A stretch of DNA of 64,000 nucleotides from an uncultured Planctomycetota bacterium. GTDB taxonomy: Bacteria; Planctomycetota; Planctomycetia; Isosphaerales; Isosphaeraceae. Both the position numbers and the translations under genes were made by a program. Below, piece after piece: positions 45,162 to 56,400 of this stretch (the stretch's first letter is position 1; the number at the start of each line of letters is the position of its first letter). The notes under the pieces are model-generated. The model worked only from the letters and a program-made list of their open reading frames with translations, did not search any database and was not told where the DNA came from. The stretch covers positions 128,001 to 192,000 of the forward strand of contig CAWJTV010000013.1 of assembly GCA_963845755.1 (NCBI GenBank). The letters run 5' to 3'.

Positions 45162-45584
45162 TCAACTCACCAATTGGGGATAGTCCACGGTCTCTTGCTC
45201 GCCGCGCCGGGCGTCCTCGATGGCGTCGCGAATCGCCGCCTTTCGGCTATCAGCGAACTCGACCCAATCGTCGAGCCCGATCAAGGTTGCCCCCAACTGC
45301 AATTGGTTGGCGAGATGGCACACCCGGACCCGGCCCACCCGGCGCACGAAATTCGCGATCTCCCCGAAAGCCGTGCTGCCGAGCGACCGCACATTCGCGA
45401 AGTCGATCACGTAATTTCGAGGTAGCTCGGGCCGGATCAGCGAATTGAGCTGCTCCCCCAGCTCCAGGGCATGCACGGAACTGGTGATCTCCGGGCTCAG
45501 GAATTCCACGACAACCACCTCGGGCGCGCTGTCGTCGATCAGTTCATAAGCGATGTGAGCTTGCACGTTTGCAATAGTAGACAT
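45162..45584 (-). CDS. STAS-domain anti-anti-sigma factor
   Basis: VVVVEF..ELGEQLNSLI..YVIDFANVRSLGSTAFG. Confidence 0.75.
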   Translation of the reverse strand: MSTIANVQAHIAYELIDDSAPEVVVVEFLSPEITSSVHALELGEQLNSLIRPELPRNYVIDFANVRSLGSTAFGEIANFVRRVGRVRVCHLANQLQLGATLIGLDDWVEFADSRKAAIRDAIEDARRGEQETVDYPQLVS

Positions 45585-45884
45585 GGCACCATATCCTTTC
45601 CCTGGGAAGTCTCAAGGATGGGAGACGTGCGATCGAAAGGAAACTCTTCAGCAAAGCGCATGCCGATTCCGCGGCGGTTCGCTCTGGCGTTGTCTCGACG
45701 CGATCATCATAAAACGGATCAAGCGACCGGTTTGTGACACACAGGCTGAATGCCAGCCGACGGCAACCTGGCCTACCGCCTGGCCTGGGAGGGCTGGCAT
45801 GTCCTTTGCACCTCGATCCTGCCGTAAGAGACAGCCCCATCGCGAAGCGGGGGTACCTTTCCAACCCAAGAAGAGGAGGGCGTC

Positions 45885-46322
45885 ATGGCTGGGACTTTGA
45901 AAGACAAGGCAAAAGCAGCAGGCAACACGATTTCCGAGAAGGCCACCGAAGCCGGGCACCGGGTCGGCGAGACCATGGAAGAGGCCAAGGATTGGGTCAA
46001 GGAGAAGGCCCACCAGGTCGGGAACCGGGTCCAGGAAGCGACGCAGAAGGCCGAGCATAAGGTCGAGGAGATGTTCGGCGATCGCAGTACCCAGACCGGG
46101 ACGACCGCCGATATCCGCGAGCATATGGATGTGTACGCATCATGCGGCACGAAGGTCGGACGCGTCGATCACGTCGAAGGTAGCCGGATCAAGCTGACCA
46201 AGAACGACAGCCCGGACGGTCTGCACCACTTCATCCCGACGAGCTGGGTGACGTGTGTCGATGATGGTGTCCACTTGAGTATGGATCACAGGGAAGTCCA
46301 GAGCCACTGGCAGAGCGCGTGA
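45885..46322 (+). CDS. DUF2171 protein with an N-terminal LEA/CsbD-like helical repeat (general stress protein)
   Basis: GGAGG RBS; IREHMDVYASCGTKVGRVDHVEGSRIKLTKNDS.DGLHHFIP. Confidence 0.85.
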   Translation: MAGTLKDKAKAAGNTISEKATEAGHRVGETMEEAKDWVKEKAHQVGNRVQEATQKAEHKVEEMFGDRSTQTGTTADIREHMDVYASCGTKVGRVDHVEGSRIKLTKNDSPDGLHHFIPTSWVTCVDDGVHLSMDHREVQSHWQSA

Positions 46323-46352
46323 GCGAACGGCCGTTGCCGCGCCAAGACCACA

Positions 46353-46379
46353 ACGGGCCGGGGCGAGTCCCCGGCCCGT
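46353..46379. terminator. GC hairpin between convergent genes
   Basis: ACGGGCCGGGG-cgagt-CCCCGGCCCGT. Confidence 0.55.
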
Positions 46380-46408
46380 GTCGTCTCGAAACCTCGCATA
46401 GAAAAGCC

Positions 46409-48351
46409 CTACTTGCCGCTCGGAGTCGCCGATAGCTTCAACAACCGATCCACCGAATCGACCGTGATCGGATGATAACCCGGCCGGGCCGTGGCGTAGA
46501 TCGCCTCGGCACGCTGGCGCCCGGCGGGCGTCGCGAGCAACGCTTTATACAAGGGCAACACCAGCTTCCGGCGGCCGATCGTCGTCAGGTAGGACTTCAA
46601 CCGCTCATCCGCCTTCGCGTACTGGTTCCGGATCGCGATCAATAGCCACTGGTGGGCGATCTCGGAGTTGCCGCGCTCGGTCAGGCCGAACTTCTGATCG
46701 AGGTCGTTCAGGCGGTCTACGGGCAGCGTTTCGGGCAGGGCCTGGAGGAACCGGATCCATTCCTGGGTGGACCACTCCCCTGCCCCGAGCTTATCCGCGG
46801 CGATTGTCCCATCGAGCCAGCCGTGCGCGGCCATGTCGATCGCGTCGAGTCGCGTCGACTTCGGCTCGGTGAAGCCGGCGGGGAGACCGGGGCCTTCCAG
46901 CCAGGCGGTCAGGTCGATGAATTTGGCCTCGACCGGATCCGCCAGCAGGTTTTCTTTGAGGTAGGCCACGAAGTCGGCCGTGGTGATGCTCTGGAACGTG
47001 AAGTGATCGAAATACGCGCGGAGGAATCCGTCGAACCGGGCGCGGCCGAACTGCTTCTCCAGCGTCCGGAGGAAGAGTGCCCCTTTCTCGTAGGGAATGC
47101 GGTTCATCCCCTCGTCCGGGTCGCGGCCGGTGAGGTCGACGTGCAGCACCTGGTCTTTCGGCGGCTGGTCTTTTAACTCCGCGCCAGCTCCACCAGGCCG
47201 AGGCCCCATTCCATCTCGGCGCGATCGGCGCCGTAGAGGTCCTCGACGATCCGGCGTTCGAGATAGGTCGTGAACCCTTCATTGAGCCAGAAGTCGCGCC
47301 AGGTCGCGTTCGTCACCAGGTTGCCGGACCACGAGTGGGCCAGCTCGTGCGCGATCAGCGAGACCAGCGATCGGTCCCCCGCCAGGACCGTCGGCGTGGC
47401 GAACGTGAGCCGGGGGTTCTCCATCCCGCCGAACGGGAAGCTCGGGGGAAGCACCAGGATGTCGTAGCGGCCCCACCGATACCGGCCGAACCGCTTCTCG
47501 ATCGAGCCGACCATCGCCTCGACGTCGCCGAACTCGTACGCCGCCGCTTTGAGCACGCTCGGCTCGGCCCAGACCCCCGTCCGCTCCCCCAGCTTCTCGA
47601 ACGCCAGGTCGCCCACCGCCAGGGCCATCAGGTACGGCGGGATCGGCTGGGGCATCACGAATCGGAACACCCCTTCGCGGGCCTCGTCGGGTCGGACGCG
47701 CGACTCCGCCGCCATCACCGCCGTCAACCCCCGCGGGACCCGGATCGTCGCCGAGTAGTTGATCCGCACTCCCGGCGAGTCTTGCAGCGGAACCCACGAC
47801 CGCGCATGAATCGCCTCTGACTGCGTAAACAAGAACGGCCGGGACTTCCCCGCCGTCAGTGAGGGCTCCAGCCACTGGAGCGCGCTCGCCGTCGGCGCGG
47901 TCCGATAGCTGATGCGGACCTGGTTCGCCTCCGGCGTGAGATCGATGGTCAACCGTGAGCCCAGGATCGGATCGGCGGGAGCGAGCTGATGACGCGTCGG
48001 CGTGAACGGACTGGGATTGACCGTCAACCTGCGGAGGCTGATCTCGTGGATCGTCAGTCCGCGGGTGTCGAGGACCAGCGGCGCGTCGGGCGGACAGCCG
48101 TCTTGTCTTTGAATGTCGAGGACCGCCTCGCCCTTCAGCTCGCGACGGTCGAAGTCCACGCTGAGGTCGAGCGCGACCTGCCGGACCCGCACCTGATCCG
48201 GATTACCGTACGAGTGCACATCGCGACGTACGGCGTCCTTCCCATTCGCACGCTCGGGCTCCACGCCGCTGGCGAAGCCCGGGTGCACCACGCTTATCGC
48301 GAACCAGACGAGTGCGATCAGACCAACCGACACATGCGATGCAGTGGACAT
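46409..48351 (-). CDS. M1 family aminopeptidase (leukotriene A4 hydrolase-like; indel near 47180)
   Basis: FPFGGMENP, HELAHSWSGNLVT..WLNEGFT, PYEKG and IGRRK motifs; signal peptide. Confidence 0.93.
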
Positions 48352-48919
48352 CTCGCGGCCTTTCGGGAATTGGAGTGCGTTCCATGTCTCCGACCGTTCG
48401 TGAGCGTCGATTGTCCCCTCGAACGCCCCGGATTTGCCAGACCGCTTACGCCCGCTTTAAGAGATTAACCAGGCGCTCTGCGAGGATGAGAAGGCGCCTC
48501 CATCCTAGCCGCCCACGGCTAATCGTCACGACCGACTCGGGCGCCGGGGACAGATGGCCCGCGATACGTGGGAAGGGTAGGTCGGTAGGTTGCTTGCTGC
48601 GCGCGACATCGTGCGGGGATGGCCCCCCGCCCGGGGCCACCCCGAGGTCGTCGAAGGCCCGCACGGTGGGGGTGTAACTCCTCGCCGAGAATGTGGAGAA
48701 TCCATGAGCGACTTGATGTTCCCGGCGCCGTTAGGCACTGGATCAAGGTCGCTGACCGACGCCATCAACCACTGGGTTCTGAAGTCCCGGCCTCCGCCCG
48801 CGACCTGGTGACATCGACGGTGGAGGCGAGACTCTACTGCATGGTCGAGTGGTTGACGCGGGTCGAGCGGGCCATGAGTGCCGTCGGTAGGACCACCCAA
48901 GCGCATGATCAGTTTAGAC

Positions 48920-49490
48920 CATGCCTTTGGTTTCCGGGTCTTCTACCCGGGCCCCTGCCTGGGGGCCACTGCATCCCGATCGACCCGTTCTACCTCACGT
49001 GGGTCTCGGGAGAGCACGGCCTGACTTCGCAATTCATCGAACTGGCCGGCGAGATCAACACGTCCATGGCCGCCTATGTCGTGAGCAGGGGTCGCCGCTG
49101 CGCTGAACGACCGGGGCAAGCCGGTCGAGTGGGCCGAGATCATCCTCTTGAGCGTGGCCTCCAAGAAGGATGCGTGCGATCGACGCAAGTCTCCAAGTCT
49201 CCAAGTCTCCCGTTCGTGCTGATGGAACACTTGCTGGAGAAGGGGGCCGAGGTATAATGCAACGTCCCCCACATTCTCACGCTGACGGCGATGCTCCGCT
49301 ATCCCGACCTGCGGACGTCCAGCCGGGAGCTGACGGAAGACTACCTGGAATCGCGCGACTGCGTGCTCATCGTCACCGACCATTCCACCTACGACTGAAA
49401 CCGGGCCGGCCGGCAGGTTCCGCGGATCGTCAACGCTCACAACGCGACCCGGAACCTGATCTACCCGAGGACCACGATCGTCCGCGCCTC
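48920..49490 (+). pseudogene. Decayed nucleotide-sugar dehydrogenase (WecC/WbpO-like), C-terminal half
   Basis: [45 protein letters not shown], with stops, substitutions and an AAGTCTCC x3 slippage at 49187-49210. Confidence 0.8.
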
Positions 49491-49532
49491 AATCACAAGA
49501 GGCCATTCACCGCGGCGCAAGGAGAGATCGCC

Positions 49533-50471
49533 ATGAGCAGACCTGGATTGGCATTAGTGACTGGGGGCGCCGGCTTCATCGGCTCGCACCTGGTCGAAGC
49601 ACTATTGGGAGAGGGCCTACGGGTCCGCGTGGTGGATAACCTGGCGACGGGCCGTTTGTCCAACCTGGCGCATCTGGAGGGGCGGTTCGAGTGGATCGAG
49701 GGAAACGCGGCGGATTTCGCGGTCTGCCGCCGGGCCGCCGAGGGCGTGGATTATGTGTTCCACCAGGCGGCAATCCCCAGCGTTCCGCGCTCGGTGCGCG
49801 AGCCGTTGCTGTCGCACGAGAGCGGGCCGACCTCCACGCTGAACATGCTGGAGGCCGCGCGTCAGACGGGGGTGAGGCGCTTCATGTTCGCCGCCTCGAG
49901 CAGCGCCTATGGCGACACGGTCGAGCTGCCGAAGCACGAAGGAATGCTGCCGCTGCCGCTCAGTCCGTATGCCGCCGGCAAGCTGGCCGGTGAGTACTAT
50001 GTGCGGGTCTATGCGAGGACGATGGGGCTGGACGGGGTGAGCCTGCGCTACTTCAACATCTTCGGACCCCGGCAGGACCCGTCGAGCCCGTACAGCGGCG
50101 TGATCTCTCTGTTCATCAAGCGCATGTCGCAGGGCCAGGGCCCGATCATTTTCGGGGACGGGGAGCAGACCCGGGACTTCACTTACGTCGCCAATGCCGT
50201 GGCGGCCAACCTGGCTGCGATGCGGCACCCCGAGCCGTTAGCCGGCGAGATACTCAATGTCGGGACGGGACGACGAATCCGGCTGCTCGACGTGGTGGAC
50301 ACTCTGAACCGCATCTACCAGACGGACCACCAGCCAGAATTCCAGCCATCGCGCCTCGGCGACGTGCGTGACTCCCTGGCCAGCTTGGAGCGGATCGGCC
50401 GCGTCCTCGGTTATCGACCACTCATCCCGTTCGATGAAGGATTGAGACTTACCGTTGAGGCCAGCCGCTGA
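49533..50471 (+). CDS. NAD-dependent nucleotide-sugar epimerase/dehydratase (SDR; GalE/WbpP-like)
   Basis: LVTGGAGFIGSHL, HQAAIPSVPRSV, SPYAAGK (YxxxK), LRYFNIFGPRQDP, RDFTYV; RBS AAGGAG. Confidence 0.93.
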   Translation: MSRPGLALVTGGAGFIGSHLVEALLGEGLRVRVVDNLATGRLSNLAHLEGRFEWIEGNAADFAVCRRAAEGVDYVFHQAAIPSVPRSVREPLLSHESGPTSTLNMLEAARQTGVRRFMFAASSSAYGDTVELPKHEGMLPLPLSPYAAGKLAGEYYVRVYARTMGLDGVSLRYFNIFGPRQDPSSPYSGVISLFIKRMSQGQGPIIFGDGEQTRDFTYVANAVAANLAAMRHPEPLAGEILNVGTGRRIRLLDVVDTLNRIYQTDHQPEFQPSRLGDVRDSLASLERIGRVLGYRPLIPFDEGLRLTVEASR

Positions 50472-50521
50472 TCGGTCGATCGCGGCGCTTCGATTCTCAT
50501 GACCAAACGCGGCATAGCCGC

Positions 50522-51462
50522 TTGACGACCTGGTTCCCGCTGACCGTCCAGGTCCATGTCAACGGCTGCTCCTGGCTGGGCCAGCAGATGCTCGCCCGCC
50601 GGCTGACATTCAACATTCAGGACAATGCCCTCACGGCCCTCGAGGATCCTCAGGCCGCTCAGGAGTTGGCCGATTCGGTCGTCCGTCACAACTGGGTCAA
50701 GATCCTCAACCGCCCGGTGCGCTCGGTCAACCTCTTGATGAACGAGCGGTGGTTTCGCGGCCTCAGCGATTATTGGGCGGTGGACCAAGCCGAGTAGGCC
50801 AACCCGTCTGATCGTCACCAGCCGCGAGGTGCTGGCCGGCTGGGATCCGCGGCTGCTGGATGACTCCGCGGTCCACATCTCGGCCAAGTCGATGCCGGGT
50901 TTCTTGGGGCGGCGGTTGCATCCCCGGTTCGACGGGGAGGTGCTCACCGATTGTCGGAAAGGACAAGAGCGTGGCCGACCTCTACCGGTACCGCGCGGTG
51001 GCGCTGGCGTCCAACTGCCGTTACCTGGGCGCGTTGGCGGTGGTGGACGACCCGGCGCCGGCGTATCGCCAGGTCGAGGAACTGACCGAGCCGGTGGTGG
51101 TCTCGGGGCGGGTCCATGGCGGGTTCAACCCGGCCAGCCCGGCGGACGTGCGGCTGTTCCAGGCGGTCTTAGCCGGCGAGAAGCTGCTGCGGGGCTTCCG
51201 CAACGCCGAGATCCGCACGGCGTTGTATCGCACGACGGAGGACGACGGCCAACGCCGTCGTCAAAGCCACGCAGTCGGCCGGATGATGAAGCGATTGCAC
51301 GTGCGCGGCCGGATCGTGGAGGTGCCGCGCAGCCACCGGAGGCACGTCAGCGTCAAGGGCCGGCACGTTCTCGGTGCAATCGTGCGGCTGGATCATGAGG
51401 GGATTCCGGCGGCGTCATTCGCCCGAAAGATGCGCACGGCGCAGAGATCCTACGAAGGTTAA
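50522..51462 (+). pseudogene. Remnant of an unclassified putative mobile-element protein (C-terminal winged HTH), with internal deletions
   Basis: TWFPLTVQVHVNG..QDNAL..YWAVDQAE*..FLGRRLHPRFDGEV..LYRYRAVALASNCRYL..GFRNAEIR..MKRLHVRGRI..PRSHR. Assignment is from memory of a transposase-like hypothetical family. Confidence 0.55.
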
Positions 51463-53431
51463 GTCTAAAACGCCCGGATTAAATAAAAGAGATCATCAGA
51501 AAATGACACGATTGAACCTTTGTTGACACGCGCGCTGCCTAACCGTGAGCAAACGCCTTCTCAGGTGGCCGGCCTTGTGCTGGCCACTCGACCAATGGGT
51601 TTCGCCTGAAGGTCGCCTGGCGAGGAAGTTCCCTCGCGAGGTTTAACATCCATCACGTCACCACGGACTCTGGTTACCATGGCTGGATCCGGCTGGTCTT
51701 GCCAGATGCCTTGATCCTGATAACCTCTTGTGGACGCTTCGTTTCCGCGGTGGAATCGGGCGACCTTCATTCCCGGCATTCCCAAATCGTCGAGCGTTGG
51801 GTCCCGCGAGGAGTCGGAACCGGCTCGCGCCACGCGTGGCGAACCAGAGCCGACTTTCATGACAATCCGGTCGCCTCGACACCGGCGCGGGACTTGCACG
51901 AAAGCGCATCCGCTGAATCACTGGAACCGATGGCGACGATTGAGTCGCAGGGCCAGCGCCCTGCCGTGATCGGGGCTTTCACGCCGCATCCCGAGGACGC
52001 CTCGCCCCCTGAACCAGGCCAGCCGACAAACGGCCTAATCTGTCGATTCAAGCTGGAGCTGTGCACGCTGTTAGCCTTAATGAATAAGGCATACGCCGAT
52101 CGGGTCGCTCGAACCTTGTAGCGAATCCCCCGTCCGCTGACCCTCAGGCCCACCTTCTCGGCGCTCCGCGGCAAAGTTAAATTAGGCTTCAATCTTTGAA
52201 TAAACAATAAAACATCAGATCAAATAAGAATTTCAAAAAATTATTATAGATAACTATAAATAAAAATGAGAATATTTGAATTTTTTAACGACCGCCCGAA
52301 GCCTTTGTCCCGGCACGAAAACGGTCGGGATCGCCGCCCCCAGGCAACGCGACGAGGGTGGCCCCAGTTGCCGGGGAGGGGTCGAGGATTCTCGACGGCC
52401 TGCGCGCAGGTGGACTCGAGGCTGCCCATCGGCAAGGGTCAGTTTCAGTGATGCATGAATGTGTTCTCTCATGTCCTCAATAATCCACAGGTGCTCGCGT
52501 CAGTGCATCATTACCTATAGATTTTCTTTAATATCGATTCTTGACATCCTCTGGGCACCTTGCTAACTTGAGCGATCTCTTATTTCTCAGGGTATTTGGA
52601 CTGACGCATAAACGCGCTCGATTTGCGGGCGGCTCCGGCATCCATCATTCGAACAACGTCTACATCCATTCTGACAACCAATTCATATTCATAAAAATCA
52701 TCGCTGAGTCAGAATTATCGAGTCACAAAGTCGAGTTGACCGAGTACCGCTTGGTGTGTTCTGACTACGGCTACCCCAGGAACTTTCCCGTACCTCGATT
52801 CCAGCGGTCACTAAGCAAAGCTCTCTTTCATGCATGGTTGTGCGAGGACGCCGCTTGGTGAGGGTTCGCCGATCGCGGTACCAGTTCCGTCTCGTTTTGA
52901 CGACAAGCAGTTGTTCCGCATGCCAGAGTGTCCTATTTATGTAATAGGGCAGAGGTGACTAAACGTACTTCGCGGACCCGACCAGCAGCCCTCCCGCACC
53001 GTAGATATCCGAACCTGAAGACGCAATTTTTATTGATCATATGAAGGTTTGAACGTGTATGGTATGGCGCAAGCCAGCCGCACGTTACGATCGCGCTGCG
53101 CCTGCCGGACGCCGACCGCATGGGAATCAGCCAGCGAGGGTTACGATGAGTCCGCCGATCGCGATCGCCGGCCTTTTCCAAGTGCGCCCTCTGGGTTGCC
53201 GGACTACGACCAAGCTGTCCGTCGAGCCGTTCAGGGACCGGGCCTGCCGGTCCAAGCTTCTTCGAGTCGCCATGCATGTAGGGATGCAATCCTGGACGCA
53301 TCCTTGCTGAGTTCCTCTCGACCATTGGTTCGAGATGGTTGAAGTCCGCGAGTGCAGGCCCCGTCCCCTCTCCCGACCGAGCCGCCGATCCGGCTGGCTC
53401 CGACTTGAGATTCATCAGGAGATTTGCTTCG

Positions 53432-56400
53432 ATGCGTCACTTGATCACACGTTTTCCCCGCGTCGCGAGACTCAATATCAAGACCTCGAGGCGGGTCGAT
53501 CGGCGAGGAGTCGCGCTCCGGCCGCGGTTCGAGTCCTTGGAGCCGCGACTGGTGTTGAGCACCTACTACATCGCCACGACCGGGAACGACAAAAACAACG
53601 GCTCGAAGTCCAGCCCCTTCGCCACCCTCCAGCACGCCATGATCTCGCTCGAGCCTGGCGACATCCTCGACGTCGAGTCCGGGTCCTATGCCGGCTTCAT
53701 CTCCGGCTGGGATTCTTCCACCCCGGCCAGTTCCGGAGATCCCTACGGCTATATCGACGGCACCGCCGGCAACCCGATCACCATCCAGGCCGATCCCAGC
53801 GCACCCGCTGGCTCGGTCATCATCGACTCGCGCGACAACGAGACGGCCGTCGGCATCGACCTGGAACCCGGTGATAACTACATCACCATTTCCGGCTTGA
53901 CGATCGAGGACGGCGACGGCAGCATCACCAAGGACGGATTCAAAGTGACCGGGATCAACGACAGCCTTATCGATAACACCGTGACCGGGGTCGGAGGGTT
54001 CGGCATTATTGCCGACAACGCGAATAACGTGCTCCTCCAGGGCAATACCGTCTCCGGTACCACGGGAAGTGGCGATACCGGCCATGGGATCTACATCTCC
54101 GGCAGCACCAACGACGCGGTGGTCGAAGGGAACACCATCGCGAACAACGATTATATCGGCATCCATATTAATGGAGATGCGAGCGAGGGAGGCCTGGGAC
54201 TGGTCACCAATGCCCTCATCGAGGACAACGTGATCTACGGCAACGGCCAGAATGGCATCAACGCCGACGGCCTTCAGAATTCCACCATCGAGAACAACCT
54301 GATCTACAACTATCAGGATTTCGGGATCTGTCTCTATCAGGTCAACGCGTCCGGGCCCAGCAAGAACAACATCATCGTTGACAACACCATCGATTACGGC
54401 ACTTCCAGCGGCGCCGGTGCGGCATCCGTATCCTGGATGGGAGCACGGGCAATACCGTCTTGAATAACATCTTGCTGGGCGGCGGAGGGATCACGATCCG
54501 GATCAGCAGCGACAGCATGAGCGGCCTGACGAGCAACTACAACGTCGTCGAGTCGCTGTTCCAGTCGGAGGACACCGGCAACACCGAGTCCCTCGCCCAG
54601 TGGCAGAGTTCGACCGGCCAGGACGCGAAATCGTTCACGGCGACGCCGTCGCAGCTCTTCGTCAATCCGTCGGGCAACAACTACCAGGAGCTATCGACCA
54701 GCCCGTCGATCGGTGCCGGGACCGCGACGGATTCACCGAGCACGGACATCCTCGGCAATCCGCGCCCCAGCTCCTATGGCTATGACATCGGTGCCTACGA
54801 ATATGAAGGCTCGTCATCCGGGGCGCCGACGGTGGTCAGCGAGAGTCCGGGACAGAATGCGTCCAACGTGAATGTGTCGACGACCGCGACTGCGACGTTC
54901 AACGAGGCGGTCCAGTCGAGCACGATCACCTTCACGCTGACGCCCAGCGGCGGCAGCCCGGTCGCGGCCAGCCTCTCCTACAACAGCACGACCGACACGG
55001 CGACGTTGACCCCCAGCTCGGCCCTGGCCTACAACACCAGTTACACGGCCACCGTCAGCGGGGCCAAGAGCACCTCCGGTATCGCCATGAGCTCGCCATT
55101 CTCGTGGTCGTTCACGACCGACGTGGCGCCGCCGAGCGTCACGAGCGAGTCGCCGGCCAAGGGTGCGACGAATGTGGCCGTGTCGACGACCGCGACCGCG
55201 ACGTTCAACGAGGCGGTCCAGTCGAGCACGATCACCTTCACGCTGACGCCCAGCGGCGGCAGCCCGGTCGCAGCCAGCCTCTCCTACAACAGCACGACCG
55301 ACACGGTGACGTTGACCCCCAGCTCGGCCCTGGCCTACAACACCAGTTACACGGCCAGCGTGAGCGGGGCCAAGGACAGCGCCGGCGATCCCATGAGCTC
55401 GCCATTCTCATGGTCGTTCACGACCGTTGGGGTGCCGCCGAGCGTCACGAGCGAGTCGCCGGCCAAGGGTGCGACGAATGTGGCCGTGTCGACGACCGCG
55501 ACTGCGACGTTCAACGAGGCGGTCCAGTCCAGCACGATCACCTTCACGTTGACGCCCAGCGGCGGCAGCCCGGTCGCAGCCAGCCTCTCCTACAACAGCA
55601 CGACCGACACGGCGACGTTGACCCCCAGCTCGGCCCTGGCCTACAACACCAGTTACACGGCCACCGTCAGCGGGGCCAAGAGCACAACCGGCGTTGCCAT
55701 GAGCTCGCCATTCTCATGGTCGTTCACGACCGACGTGGCGCCACCGAGCGTCACGAGCGAGTCGCCGGCCAAGGGTGCGACGAATGTGGCCGTGTCGACG
55801 ACCGCGACCGCGACGTTCAACGAGGCGGTCCAGTCGAGCACGATCACCTTCACGCTGACGCCCAGCGGCGGCAGCCCGGTCGCAGCCAGCCTCTCCTACA
55901 ACAGCACGACCGACACGGCGACGTTGACCCCCAGCTCGGCCCTGGCCTACAACACCAGTTACACGGCCAGCGTGAGCGGGGCCAAGGACAGCGCCGGCGA
56001 TCCCATGAGCTCGCCGTTCTCGTGGTCGTTCACGACCGACGTGGCGCTCGCCGAGCGTCACGAGCGAGTCGCCGGCCAAGGGGGCGACGAACGTGGCCGT
56101 GTCGACGACCGCGACCGCGACGTTCAACGAGGCGGTCCAGTCGAGCACGATCACCTTCACGCTGACGCCCAGCGGCGGCAGCCCGGTCGCGGCCAGCCTC
56201 TCCTACAACAGCACGACCGACACGGCGACGTTGACCCCCAGCTCGGCCCTGGCCTACAACACCAGTTACACGGCCAGCGTGAGCGGGGCCAAGGACAGCG
56301 CCGGCGATCCCATGAGCTCGCCATTCTCGTGGTCGTTCACGACCGTCGGGGTGCCGCCGAGCGTCACGAGCGAGTCGCCGGCCAAGGGTGCGACGAATGT

